Origin: an uncultured SAR86 cluster bacterium
GTDB lineage: Bacteria > Pseudomonadota > Gammaproteobacteria > Magnimaribacterales > D2472
Assembly: GCA_902599315.1 (NCBI GenBank)
Contig: CACKEY010000001.1
Location: 4,625-68,624, forward strand
Direction of reading: 5' to 3'
DNA length: 64,000 nt
In this document: positions 33,445 to 43,619 of the stretch, in pieces
Layout of the letters: every line of letters begins with the position of its first letter
How positions within the stretch are numbered: the stretch's first letter is position 1
The notes under the pieces: generated by a model
The model's input: the letters and a program-made list of their open reading frames with translations, nothing else
Told to the model about the DNA's origin: nothing
Database searches by the model: none
Translations under genes and position numbers: made by a program

Positions 33445-34341
33445 ATGATGACTTTAAAACAAATTGATTATGCCCTAGCTGTTGCAAAAAACCTTCATTT
33501 TAAGAAAGCAGCCGATGCGTGTTTTATATCTCCCTCAACATTAAGTAATGCAATTACAGAATTAGAAACACAACTTGGTGTTAAAATATTTGAAAGAGAC
33601 AATAAAAAAGTTATTGTTACAAGCCTCGGACAAGAAATTTTAAAGAAGGCTCAGCAAATTAAATTAGATGTCCAAGATATTAAAGAATTAGCAAAACAAA
33701 ATTCACAAGCTCTAAATTATCCAATTTCTTTAGGCATTATTCCTACAGTTAGCCCATATTTTCTACCCTTAATTCTGCCAACAATACAAAAAGAATTTCC
33801 AAATTTAACTCTTAGAATTGAAGAACTTCAATCACAATTTCTTGTTAAAAAACTTAAAGAAGGAGAGCTTGATATGGCTATCCTTGCATTACCATATGAC
33901 CTAAAGGGGTTAATAAGCCTTAAGTTTTGGGAAGAAGATTTTTATTTAGTTTCACATAAAGAAAATAAAAATGCTGGAGCAACAGAGATAAAAGCTAATC
34001 AACTTGATCAATCAAAATTAATGCTTCTCGATGATGGCCATTGTCTTAAAGATCATATATTAGATGCATGCAACATAGCGAATGCTTCAAAGCATTCCCT
34101 TAAAGCTTCAAGTTTATTAACCCTTATTCAATTGGTTAAAGGGCAGATGGGAAGTACACTTGTGCCACAAATGGCTTTGAAAGAGTTAGTAGCCTCAAGA
34201 AAAGAATTATCAATCTCACACTTAAATGAACCAGGGCCACACAGGGAAATAGCACTTATTGTTAGAGAAAATTATGCAGGTATTGAAAATGCAATGTTAC
34301 TTTTAGAGTTTTTTAAGAGATCTCTTAAAAAAAACTCTTAA
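33445..34341 (+). CDS. oxyR: LysR-family hydrogen-peroxide sensor OxyR
   Basis: 298 aa with an N-terminal LysR wHTH. GHCLKDHILDAC carries two Cys spaced like OxyR C199/C208 (E. coli GHCLRDQAMGFC). It is divergent from katG. Confidence 0.8.
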   Translation: MMTLKQIDYALAVAKNLHFKKAADACFISPSTLSNAITELETQLGVKIFERDNKKVIVTSLGQEILKKAQQIKLDVQDIKELAKQNSQALNYPISLGIIPTVSPYFLPLILPTIQKEFPNLTLRIEELQSQFLVKKLKEGELDMAILALPYDLKGLISLKFWEEDFYLVSHKENKNAGATEIKANQLDQSKLMLLDDGHCLKDHILDACNIANASKHSLKASSLLTLIQLVKGQMGSTLVPQMALKELVASRKELSISHLNEPGPHREIALIVRENYAGIENAMLLLEFFKRSLKKNS

Positions 34342-34628
34342 TGTTCCATTATTAATGGTCCAGATGCAGGATCAGTGACACCTAGTTCCTCAGAAATTTC
34401 CTCCAACATGTGCCTTATGGTATCTAAAAAGCCAATCATATCTGGCATTGCCTTATCCATGGAATCCTTAGAATCCCATAAGCCCATACTACAAAATTTG
34501 TTATCGTCAATTTGAACTAGTTTCGCTGATATTTGACCGTCATTTAAATTAGCCTCTTCAAAAGTTTTCAAAAAATCTTCTCTAAATTCTGGTTTTACGT
34601 GGAATTTAACAATATTCATATGTGACAT
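34338..34628 (-). CDS. Small ABM/Dabb-fold protein (putative monooxygenase-like)
   Basis: 96 aa. The N-terminal pattern IVKFHVKPEFREDFLKTFEE is typical of ABM domains. It is the last gene of a co-directional 4-gene cluster. Confidence 0.4.
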   Translation of the reverse strand: MSHMNIVKFHVKPEFREDFLKTFEEANLNDGQISAKLVQIDDNKFCSMGLWDSKDSMDKAMPDMIGFLDTIRHMLEEISEELGVTDPASGPLIMEH

Positions 34629-34716
34629 AAGTTTCTCCGAAATTATTTTATATTCTTTTCTAATTTTACATGAGCTGCCTTGATTGAATACTCAATCAAG
34701 ATCGCTAATCAAACTA

Positions 34717-35154
34717 TTATTTTAATTCATCCAATTCGACAGTTTTTTGCCATTGAAGCCTAAAATCTCTGGAGATAAATTTAGCTTTGTTATCTCGCAC
34801 CTCAATAACATCTAAATAAATGATTCCCATATCTAATTTATGGAAACTGCCTTCATTTTCAAATATGTGACTGGCAATACAATAGGTATCTCCTCTATAA
34901 GTATTTTCTTGCCACTCTCCATTAACATTCATTATTTGATGCATGGTACTTTTATAATTTTCTAATTGTTGCATTGCTGCTATAAAATTCTCTAGGCCAT
35001 TAATCTCATAGTGACCATGCATAGAAAATTCGTCCCACATAATAGAACCTAGGGATAAAAATTGTCTTTTATCAATAAAAGATGCATACAAATTAGATAG
35101 TTTTGTGGGCACCATAACGGCAGAAGTTTTAGAAGTTACAACGTTTTTTTCCAT
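34717..35154 (-). CDS. SnoaL/NTF2-like fold protein
   Basis: 145 aa with the length and pattern of SnoaL_4-type proteins. The ATG overlaps the LLM gene stop (TAATG). Confidence 0.5.
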   Translation of the reverse strand: MEKNVVTSKTSAVMVPTKLSNLYASFIDKRQFLSLGSIMWDEFSMHGHYEINGLENFIAAMQQLENYKSTMHQIMNVNGEWQENTYRGDTYCIASHIFENEGSFHKLDMGIIYLDVIEVRDNKAKFISRDFRLQWQKTVELDELK

Positions 35155-36041
35155 TATTTTTTTACCTCTGAAATCAATTTTAAAACTTTATAAATATCCT
35201 CAGGCCCTTGAACAAAATTAATTGGAAACACTTCAACCTCATCTAATCCAGCAGCCATCGATTTTTCAATCTCATTGAGAGTTAACTGAATGTTAGGCAA
35301 CCCATCTTCATCAACACAAGTGGGCAGTTGACCCCTTATCCTTGGCTGATCCTTCCTTCCTGCATTTATAAAAGCTTCAGATAATATTTGTTTACCTTCA
35401 GAAATAAAATCTCTACTTGTTTTGATTGGAATCCAGCCATGTCCGACTCTAGCAATTCTAGAGGCATTTTCAGGTGTCATTTTTAAACCAAATAATAATG
35501 GCAGATCTTTGCCTTGTGGAGGTTGAGGGTGGCACCAGATATCATCAAAATTAAAATATTTGCCATTAAATGAAATCGGGCTATCCTCCCACAGTAATTT
35601 GCAAATATCTAAAGTTTCCCAGAATACCTCAGCTCTATTTTCAAAGCTTAGTCCAGCAGTATCATATTCTTCTTTTTGCCAACCCAAACCTACCCCAAGC
35701 TCTAATCGCCCTTTTGAAATAGAATCTAAAGTTGCAGCTGTCTTTGCAAGCAATGCAGGATTTCTTAAGGGCGCTATCAATACAGCAGTAGCTAATTTTA
35801 TATTTTTTGTATTAGAGGCAATCATTGTTAAAAGAGATAGTGGCTCATACCATGGAGCTTCTGATGGGAGTGGGAATTTTCCAAACGGATATTTATGAAG
35901 ATTTTTACCCATCACCACATGATCAGTAACACTCACAGAGTCAAAACCGAGTTCTTCTCCCATTTGAGAGATTTCAATTAGAGATGAAATATCTCCACCA
36001 TAAAAATTTTCTAAACCAAATAGACCCAAAACTAATTTCAT
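35154..36041 (-). CDS. Luciferase-like (LLM class) flavin/F420-type oxidoreductase
   Basis: 295 aa TIM-barrel LLM pattern (FDSVSVTDHV, GRLELGVGLGW). Confidence 0.8.
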   Translation of the reverse strand: MKLVLGLFGLENFYGGDISSLIEISQMGEELGFDSVSVTDHVVMGKNLHKYPFGKFPLPSEAPWYEPLSLLTMIASNTKNIKLATAVLIAPLRNPALLAKTAATLDSISKGRLELGVGLGWQKEEYDTAGLSFENRAEVFWETLDICKLLWEDSPISFNGKYFNFDDIWCHPQPPQGKDLPLLFGLKMTPENASRIARVGHGWIPIKTSRDFISEGKQILSEAFINAGRKDQPRIRGQLPTCVDEDGLPNIQLTLNEIEKSMAAGLDEVEVFPINFVQGPEDIYKVLKLISEVKK

Positions 36042-36112
36042 ATATTTCTCATTTAAAAATTTGATTGTACGAATATTTTGTATTCAATGCACTTCATTAA
36101 AGTTAATAGTCC

Positions 36113-36826
36113 CTAAAATAATAATATCAAAGCTAGTAAGGATAATAATAACTTTAGAACAACATAAAACTTTTCAAAAGAAATATAACCAATCAACTTT
36201 TTGCCTAACAATGCTCCTGCAAAGCCATTAATGGCAAGAATAATGATGAAAGAGAGATAATCTACAATAGAGAATTTAAAAAAATACATAAATAAAATAA
36301 TTTTAAGGGAATGCTGGAAAATCATAACTGCCCCGTGATTTGCTACTAAAACTTCTGGTGACAAATCTCTTGTTCTCATGTAGGACGTGACCAATGGTCC
36401 ATTTGCTCCAATAAAAACTCCTGCAAAGCCAGAAATAAATCCACAAAACCAGTCATTTTTGATGATTGAAAGAACAAAATTATCTAAAGGAACCCAAGTA
36501 AAAAATAAAATAGTCCCAGCAATTAACCAAATTAATACTTTTTCAGATACAGAACCAAATAATAAAATTGCACAAAATGCACCAAAGATAGTCGCAATTA
36601 GAATATTTTTAATGAGTTGCCATTTAAAAAATTCTTTATAAACATATGTCCTGGATAAGTTATTTGATAGTTGAATGGCTCCATGCAAAGGAATAAGTGT
36701 ACTGGGGGAGAAATATTGAGCCAATGCAACAAGCATTATCAAACCACCACCGACACTAAAAACAGAAGTTAACAAAGATGTTAGGAAGGATAATATGGAA
36801 AAAAAAATAATAAACTCTAGTGACAT
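36113..36826 (-). CDS. TauE/SafE family anion (sulfite/sulfonate) exporter-like membrane protein
   Basis: 237 aa with about 7-8 TM helices and an internally duplicated DUF81 pattern. Confidence 0.7.
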   Translation of the reverse strand: MSLEFIIFFSILSFLTSLLTSVFSVGGGLIMLVALAQYFSPSTLIPLHGAIQLSNNLSRTYVYKEFFKWQLIKNILIATIFGAFCAILLFGSVSEKVLIWLIAGTILFFTWVPLDNFVLSIIKNDWFCGFISGFAGVFIGANGPLVTSYMRTRDLSPEVLVANHGAVMIFQHSLKIILFMYFFKFSIVDYLSFIIILAINGFAGALLGKKLIGYISFEKFYVVLKLLLSLLALILLF

Positions 36827-36868
36827 GTAAGAGTGTGTTTTTAGTTATAAAGGAATTAAGATTAACTC

Positions 36869-39316
36869 ATGAATAATATAGATCAAATTATTAATGGCCT
36901 AACATTAGAAGAAAAAGTATCCCTTCTCAGTGGTTTTAACTCTTGGTATACCAATAAAATAGAAAGGAAATCCATTCCAAGCATTAAGATGTCAGATGGG
37001 CCAAATGGAGTAAGGGGAGATTCCAATTCAGGTAAATCATCAGCTTGTTTTCCTTGCGCAATATCAATAGGTTCCTCTTGGGATCTCGATCAAGTAAAAA
37101 AAATAGGTGTTGCTTTGGGTGAAGAAGCTCAAGCAAAAAATGTGGATGTACTCTTAGGCCCTACAATTAATATTCATAGACATCCTTTAGGAGGACGACA
37201 TTTTGAAAGTTTTTCAGAAGACCCATTCTTGACTGGAAAAATTGCATCTAATTATGTTCAAGGCGTTCAATCTCAAAATGTTGCAGCCTGCCTGAAACAT
37301 TTTGTTGGTAATGATACTGAATATGAAAGGCATTCGATAAGTTCAAATATTGATGAACGAACACTGAGAGAAATATATCTTTTACCATTTGAAATGGGAG
37401 TGAAAGAAGGTAATGCAAAAGTTGTCATGAGTGCTTACAACAAATTAAATAATGTCTATTGCAGCTCTCATCAGGAATTACTTTTAGAAATTTTAAAAAA
37501 AGATTGGGGCTTTGACGGATATGTTGTAAGCGACTGGGGAGCAGCTCTTGAAACTGAAGAAAATGCCAAGGGTGGATTAGATCTTGAAATGCCTGGACCT
37601 AGCAATGTTTGGGGCAATGCTTTGATTGAAGCAATAAAAAATAAAAAGATTGCAGAGGATTTGATTGATGACAAAGTAAAAAGGATCTTATCAGTAGCAG
37701 AATTCTCAAAACGTTTTGAACAACCAAAAATAAAGAATGAAGAGGCCATTGATAATCCAGAGCATAGAAAATTATTAAGAAAAGCTGCAGCTGACGGAAT
37801 GGTTCTTTTAAAGAATGATGATATGTTGCCTCTTAAAAAAGATATTAAAAAATTAGCGATAATTGGGCCTAATGCAAAAGAGGCGCAGATTATTGGGGGA
37901 GGAAGTGCAAGCCTAAAACCTCACTACCAAGTTCATCCATTGGAAGCAATAAAAGCAAGGATCGGACCTAAAACAGAAATTTTATATTCAAAAGGTTGTC
38001 ATACTCATAAATATCTTCCAAAAATTAATGAAAAGTTAATGAGATCATCTGATGGTTTTTTGGTGGAGTATTTCGATGGAGAAAATTTTGAGGAAAATCT
38101 ACTCTTTAAAGAAAATTTAAGGGGCAGTAAGTTCTGGGTTTTCGAAGGTTTTGCTAAGGAAATCATTGGTAAAGAGGAAAGATCAAAAACCTCAGTAAAA
38201 TTTTCTTGTGCATATACTCCAGATATTTCCGGCGAGCATGCATTTGAGATTTTTGGCATTGGTCAATGTCGCATGTTGATAGATGATAAAGAGCTGATTG
38301 ATAATTGGAATAATATTGAACCTGGTGAAGCATTTTTTACCTTTGGATCAGCATCAAAAAAAGGATTTGCAAATTTTGAGAAGGGGAAAACTTATAAAGT
38401 AGAAGTCCAGTATTACTTTGAAGGAAATTTTCCTGCCCTCTATATTGGTTGTCAGCCTCCTGACAAGATTGATTTATTTTCAGAAGCTATGGATGTTGCC
38501 TCTGAGGCAGATGCAGTAATTTTGATTGTTGGAACTAATTCTGACTGGGAAACAGAAGGCAACGATAGAGCAGATCTTAATCTACCAACAAATCAGAATG
38601 CTCTAATTGATGCGGTTTTAAATACTAATAAAAATACAGCATTAATCATTAATACTGGCTCGCCAGTTAACATACCATGGTCAAATAAGGCTAAGGCTAT
38701 TTTACAAACGTGGTTTGCGGGACAAGAATTTGGTAATGCTTTATTTGATATTTTATCTGGGGAAATAAATCCCTCCGGAAAATTACCAACATCATTTCCT
38801 ATGAGGATTGAAGATACACCAGCATTTAAATCATATCCCGGTAAAAATTTACAAATGAACTATGATGAAAAACTTTTAATAGGTTATAGGTGGTATGAGA
38901 AACAATCTATTCGGCCATTATTTTGCTTTGGTCATGGATTGTCTTATACGAAATTTAAATATAAAAATTTAGAAATCAACATCGAGGATAATAAAGAAGT
39001 TTCATGCAAATTCTCCATTGAAAACACAGGGGAAATTTCAGGCGCTGAAATAGCTCAATGTTATCTTCGCTATACAAAAAATTTAGAAAATGAGCCTAAC
39101 AAAACACTTCAAGGTTTTTGTAAAGTAAATATCGATGCTCATGATGAAAAAAATGTTGAAATAAGGCTAACTCAAAGAAATTTTTCATATTGGTCTATAG
39201 ATACGAAATCTTGGCAGATTAGAGATGGCTCATATGAGATTTTAATTGGTTCATCTGTTGAAAATATCTATTTGAAATCCTCAATCAAGCTTGAGAAAGT
39301 TCTTGAAGTTCTTTAG
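36869..39316 (+). CDS. Glycoside hydrolase family 3 beta-glucosidase with inserted PA14 domain
   Basis: 815 aa with GH3 N-domain blocks (SDGPNGVR, KHFVGND, nucleophile in GYVVSDWGA), a PA14-like insert (LVEYFDGENFEE...) and a C-terminal Fn3-like domain. Confidence 0.9.
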   Translation: MNNIDQIINGLTLEEKVSLLSGFNSWYTNKIERKSIPSIKMSDGPNGVRGDSNSGKSSACFPCAISIGSSWDLDQVKKIGVALGEEAQAKNVDVLLGPTINIHRHPLGGRHFESFSEDPFLTGKIASNYVQGVQSQNVAACLKHFVGNDTEYERHSISSNIDERTLREIYLLPFEMGVKEGNAKVVMSAYNKLNNVYCSSHQELLLEILKKDWGFDGYVVSDWGAALETEENAKGGLDLEMPGPSNVWGNALIEAIKNKKIAEDLIDDKVKRILSVAEFSKRFEQPKIKNEEAIDNPEHRKLLRKAAADGMVLLKNDDMLPLKKDIKKLAIIGPNAKEAQIIGGGSASLKPHYQVHPLEAIKARIGPKTEILYSKGCHTHKYLPKINEKLMRSSDGFLVEYFDGENFEENLLFKENLRGSKFWVFEGFAKEIIGKEERSKTSVKFSCAYTPDISGEHAFEIFGIGQCRMLIDDKELIDNWNNIEPGEAFFTFGSASKKGFANFEKGKTYKVEVQYYFEGNFPALYIGCQPPDKIDLFSEAMDVASEADAVILIVGTNSDWETEGNDRADLNLPTNQNALIDAVLNTNKNTALIINTGSPVNIPWSNKAKAILQTWFAGQEFGNALFDILSGEINPSGKLPTSFPMRIEDTPAFKSYPGKNLQMNYDEKLLIGYRWYEKQSIRPLFCFGHGLSYTKFKYKNLEINIEDNKEVSCKFSIENTGEISGAEIAQCYLRYTKNLENEPNKTLQGFCKVNIDAHDEKNVEIRLTQRNFSYWSIDTKSWQIRDGSYEILIGSSVENIYLKSSIKLEKVLEVL

Positions 39317-41288
39317 TAGTGAGTTCAACTTTGGATGCTTCTATTGAACTATTGGTCTCAACTATGGTTCTTGGACCGATGAGTGGAAAAATTAAATCAG
39401 ATTGATGAAGAACATACGCCAAAGCAATTTGAATAGGTTCTAGCCCTCTTTTTTCTGCCAATTCAAAGCACTTATCTCTTCTTTCTAAGTTTTTTGCATA
39501 ATGCCAAACTCTCATTTCTTCATCCAAAGTAGGATTTGAAAAATGATTATTTGATATCTGTTCTTTTTTCTTAATAAAAAATCCTCTGGCTTGAGAAGAC
39601 CAAGGAAATAATAAAATCTTTTCTTTAATAAGGTACTCAAGGAATTCTTTATTTACTCCAACACAACCTGGCCATACAGGCTCAATCATTTCGGCTAGGC
39701 TAAAATTATTGCTAAGAACAGAGAATGGTTCTATTTTGTTTTTTAACGCAATATTTCTAGCCTCAGAGAACCTGTCTAACTCCCAATTTGAGGCTCCTAA
39801 TACATCAATCAAACCCTCATCATGAATTTCTGACAATGCATGAACAAATTCATCAACTGGTACGTCTTTATTATCTCGGTGAAGACAAAAGATATCTATT
39901 TTTGAAAGTTTAAGCCGATCAAGTGATTCAAGAATTTGGGGTCGAATAAACTGTGGCTCACATTGAGGAGTATGAGCAGCCTTGCCAATAACAATTACAT
40001 CATTTGCAACTCCTCTGGAATGAATCCAATCACCAAGATATTTATCCCCTTTTCCATCATTATAAATATAAGCTGTGTCAAAAATTCTTCCACCTGATCC
40101 GAAGAAATGATCAAACATTGTGAATGCATGCAGATCAGAGGTTTGATTATCACAACCTAGTGCAAGCCTCGAACCAATTTTATTAATTTTTGGTAAAGTC
40201 GTTTCTTTGAGTATTGGTATTTTCATCTTAAAAAAATGCGATGAGTAAATTGGGGAGTTTTTTAAGGAACTTTTTGGGCATTCGATTTTTATTTTTTCTC
40301 TCCATTGATCAAGCCAAAACATATTACTCTGAGTTTCAGCATGAGTAATAAAGTCTGATTCTATTTTTTTCTCAAGAATGCAATTAGAAGCATGTTCAAT
40401 TTCTCTAGCAAATAAACCAAATTCATCAAGACACGAAATTTCTTTTTTACCTGCATTTGGAATTGAAATAAAAATAGATGATTTTCCATCTTGAAATTGT
40501 CCACAATGCCATGGTTGATTTACAGTGATGGATTTTTGGTTGCTTGATATAACAAGGTTATTGGCAAAGTTTTCATTTATTGCACAGCTAATTTTTGCCT
40601 CAATTGTCTCTGAAAAAATTAAATGTGCATGTGACTGAGAGTCAACACCTGTTTCATCTAATTGACATGATGCAGAAAACTCTTTTGGTTCTGCAAATGG
40701 AGCTCCCTGCAAATGACCTGCTATTAACTTACACATTGTAAGGGGATAACATCCTATGTCTAAGATTGCGCCACCCCCTAAATCGGGATTTCTTAATCTA
40801 TGATCCTTTGCAACCTCGGCTGCAAAACCGAATGAAGCTTCAATTAAGATTTTTTCTTTTGTATCTGAAAAAATATTTAAATTTTCTAAAATATTTTTTG
40901 TTTGAGGATGCATTCTATACATGAACCCTTCCATTAAAAAAATATTTGATTGAATAGCTAGATCAATAAGGATCATGCTCTCATAAGCATTCATTGCAAA
41001 TGGCTTCTCACAAAGAACATGTTTACTATTTTTAATAGCTGCTAATGTATGAACAAAATGTTCGCTATGGGGCGTTGCGACATAAACTGCATCTATTTCA
41101 GCTGAGGATAAAAAATCTTCTAGTTGATAATAAGCATCAATGTTAAATTTTTTAGCAAAAGCATTCGCTGCATCAATATTTCTGCCAAATACTGATATTA
41201 ATTTAGAATTTGAGGTTGATTTTATAGAATGCCCAAAAGCAGATGCTATTGAGCCAGAGCCAATAATCCCCCAATTAATTTGTTTCAT
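39285..41288 (-). CDS. Fusion protein: N-terminal Gfo/Idh/MocA oxidoreductase plus C-terminal aldo/keto reductase
   Basis: 667 aa in a single frame. The N-terminal half has the Rossmann loop INWGIIGSGSIA and the EKP motif (LCEKPFAMN). The C-terminal half has AKR blocks (FDTAYIY..GKGDKYLG, ...PWSSQARG). An internal Met (..FFKMKIPIL..) sits at the junction. Confidence 0.8.
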   Translation of the reverse strand: MKQINWGIIGSGSIASAFGHSIKSTSNSKLISVFGRNIDAANAFAKKFNIDAYYQLEDFLSSAEIDAVYVATPHSEHFVHTLAAIKNSKHVLCEKPFAMNAYESMILIDLAIQSNIFLMEGFMYRMHPQTKNILENLNIFSDTKEKILIEASFGFAAEVAKDHRLRNPDLGGGAILDIGCYPLTMCKLIAGHLQGAPFAEPKEFSASCQLDETGVDSQSHAHLIFSETIEAKISCAINENFANNLVISSNQKSITVNQPWHCGQFQDGKSSIFISIPNAGKKEISCLDEFGLFAREIEHASNCILEKKIESDFITHAETQSNMFWLDQWREKIKIECPKSSLKNSPIYSSHFFKMKIPILKETTLPKINKIGSRLALGCDNQTSDLHAFTMFDHFFGSGGRIFDTAYIYNDGKGDKYLGDWIHSRGVANDVIVIGKAAHTPQCEPQFIRPQILESLDRLKLSKIDIFCLHRDNKDVPVDEFVHALSEIHDEGLIDVLGASNWELDRFSEARNIALKNKIEPFSVLSNNFSLAEMIEPVWPGCVGVNKEFLEYLIKEKILLFPWSSQARGFFIKKKEQISNNHFSNPTLDEEMRVWHYAKNLERRDKCFELAEKRGLEPIQIALAYVLHQSDLIFPLIGPRTIVETNSSIEASKVELTTKELQELSQA

Positions 41289-42633
41289 GATTCAGTTTTT
41301 TGTTTTCTATTTCAAAAATTAATTTTTGATGATATGTCTTATCAATTGGATAGAAAGACACCAAAACAAAACTTAGAAAGATGCCAGCTAGAGGAATCCA
41401 AGTCATAACGAATTTTAATTCATATAATGTTTTCTCAGACTGAGTTGAGTTAGGCTCAAAACCAATTTGAGTTAAAATCATGCCAAGTAAAAGGGCGGCA
41501 AATGCAATGGCTGCTTTTTGGGCGAAGGTCATAAATCCATATAATGATGATTCTGTTCTAACGCCGGTTTTCCATTCTCCATATTCAATTGTATCTGGAA
41601 GCATTGACCAAAATAAAACTCCTGTCGCCCCATTACCAATCCCAATAAAACCAAGAATAAGAAGTAGTTCAAATAATGAATCAATTGAAGAGAAATAAAA
41701 AATTAAAAATCCAATAATTAGTATTGTCATTGCAGTCATCCATGAATTTCTTTTTCCAATTTTTAGTGCAGCATATGCCCATAAAGGAATTGCCAAAAGA
41801 GCTGATCCGCTGCTTACTCCAAGAATTAATCCCTGATATTCGTGTAGATCAAGAGAGTATTTAACAAAATAAATTAAATTGTTATTAAACATTATTGAAG
41901 TGGAGCCAAGAATAAGAATTGATCCAAAAACAATCCAGAATGGATAATTATTTACAACTGACTTAAATACTTTTGCAAAGCTTGGCAGTTGTATTGTAGA
42001 AGAATTAAATTCTCTTTCTTGTACAAATCTAACAGTAATGCTCAAAACTATTACTGCCATAAGACCACATAAAATACCCAAGAAAATAAATCCGAAAGCT
42101 TCATTTGTGCCACCGAAGAATAAAACTATTGGAAATCCTAAGGCTGAGACCGTCAAAGTCCCAAAAGAAGCTCCAATCATCCTTGCGGTAGTTAGTTTTG
42201 TTCTTTCGTCACTATCATCAGTAATCCTTGCTGTTAAGGATGAATATGGAACGCTTACTATCGTAAAACATGTTCTATGAAATAAATTTATAGCTAATAA
42301 AAAAACAAAAAGTTCTGCCCCCTCAAATGGAGGAACCCAAAATAATAAGATGAAAGAAAAAGCTAATGGTATTGCTCCATAAAAAATATATGGGCGATAG
42401 CTCCCCATCTTGGTTCTTGTTCTTTCTGCCAGATATCCCATGAAGGGATCAGTAATTGCATCCCAAGCTATCCCAAGTGCATAAAGCCAACCGGCTAGAA
42501 GAGGAGATATGCCTACCACATCGGTGTAAAAATATAAGAGATATAGCCCCACCCCGCTCCAATACAAACAGATAGCATAATCTCCAATGCCGTAAGCTGC
42601 TCTAACTTTATTTGGTACTTTATTAGGACTCAT
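41275..42633 (-). CDS. Glycoside-pentoside-hexuronide (GPH):cation symporter, MFS_2 family
   Basis: 12 TM helices. The N-terminus after Met20 (MSPNKVPNKVRAAYGIGD) matches the usual GPH start, and the ORF-track start at 42690 is also possible. The 3' end overlaps the fusion gene start by 14 nt. Confidence 0.8.
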   Translation of the reverse strand: MSPNKVPNKVRAAYGIGDYAICLYWSGVGLYLLYFYTDVVGISPLLAGWLYALGIAWDAITDPFMGYLAERTRTKMGSYRPYIFYGAIPLAFSFILLFWVPPFEGAELFVFLLAINLFHRTCFTIVSVPYSSLTARITDDSDERTKLTTARMIGASFGTLTVSALGFPIVLFFGGTNEAFGFIFLGILCGLMAVIVLSITVRFVQEREFNSSTIQLPSFAKVFKSVVNNYPFWIVFGSILILGSTSIMFNNNLIYFVKYSLDLHEYQGLILGVSSGSALLAIPLWAYAALKIGKRNSWMTAMTILIIGFLIFYFSSIDSLFELLLILGFIGIGNGATGVLFWSMLPDTIEYGEWKTGVRTESSLYGFMTFAQKAAIAFAALLLGMILTQIGFEPNSTQSEKTLYELKFVMTWIPLAGIFLSFVLVSFYPIDKTYHQKLIFEIENKKLNHETN

Positions 42634-42704
42634 AAATGTTCTTTGACTATAGCAGTCTTGTTGCCAGTTGGTAATATTTTGGAAGTGCATTAGTATAAAA
42701 ACTC

Positions 42705-43619
42705 ATGAAAAATAACCAGCAATATAGAGAGGGCTTTTCAGAAAATAATGGGGTAAAAATTTTTTATCGTGATTATGGTCCTGAAGACGGAGATCCGGTA
42801 CTCATGGTTCATGGCCTAGGAGCTCAGCTTGTTCATTGGCAGCCTCATCTAATAAGTTTCTTGCAAGATAATAATTTTCGACCGATAGCTTATGATAATA
42901 GAGATGTTGGCTTGTCATCGAGGTTTACTGCTACGCCGTCCTTTTTATTGGACTACATTAAATACTTCCTAAGGTTGCCCATTAAATCAGAGTATAAAAT
43001 TGATGATATGGCAGATGATGGAATTCAGTTATTAGAAACTTTAAAAATTGAAAAAGCTCACATTTTTAGCACTTCAATGGGTGGAATGATTGCTCAAATA
43101 ATTAGCGCTCAATATCCTGAAAAAGTTAAAACTTTTACATTAATCGCTTCTACTGCATCAACTCCCAGTCCAATCAATGCTCCAACAAGGGCAGTCAGAG
43201 AAATTATGTTACAAAGGTCAAAAAATCCAAATGCTTCTTATGAAGAGATCATTAAAAGAGAGATAAAAATGGTTTCGCTTATTGGAATGGAAGGAAGAGA
43301 AGTTGATACTCCTGAGTTTAGAAAAGAGACGATAGAGAACTTAGACCGTTCCAAAGATGGATCTGGATATGCTAGACAACTTTTATCAATTCTTGCATCA
43401 AAGGATAGATTAAAAAAAATTAAAAAAATTAAAGCTCCCACACTTATCATTCACGGCAAAGATGATCCCATGATTCATGTTAAAAATGCATATAGGATGC
43501 ACAAATTGATTCCGCATAGCAGACTTAAGATAATAAAAAATATGAGGCATCTTATAGAACCAGAAGTTCTCAAGCAATTTGAGGGAATGCTTTTAGAGCA
43601 TCTTAAGATCAGCTCTTAA
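42705..43619 (+). CDS. Alpha/beta-fold hydrolase
   Basis: 304 aa with HGLGAQ, the nucleophile elbow STSMGG, and a late HGKDD...MRHL. Confidence 0.8.
   Translation: MKNNQQYREGFSENNGVKIFYRDYGPEDGDPVLMVHGLGAQLVHWQPHLISFLQDNNFRPIAYDNRDVGLSSRFTATPSFLLDYIKYFLRLPIKSEYKIDDMADDGIQLLETLKIEKAHIFSTSMGGMIAQIISAQYPEKVKTFTLIASTASTPSPINAPTRAVREIMLQRSKNPNASYEEIIKREIKMVSLIGMEGREVDTPEFRKETIENLDRSKDGSGYARQLLSILASKDRLKKIKKIKAPTLIIHGKDDPMIHVKNAYRMHKLIPHSRLKIIKNMRHLIEPEVLKQFEGMLLEHLKISS

Noticed and set aside
35560-35898. 112-aa plus-strand ORF
   Set aside because: It is antisense inside the LLM oxidoreductase gene, whose own frame has clear family motifs. It has no SD and odd composition.
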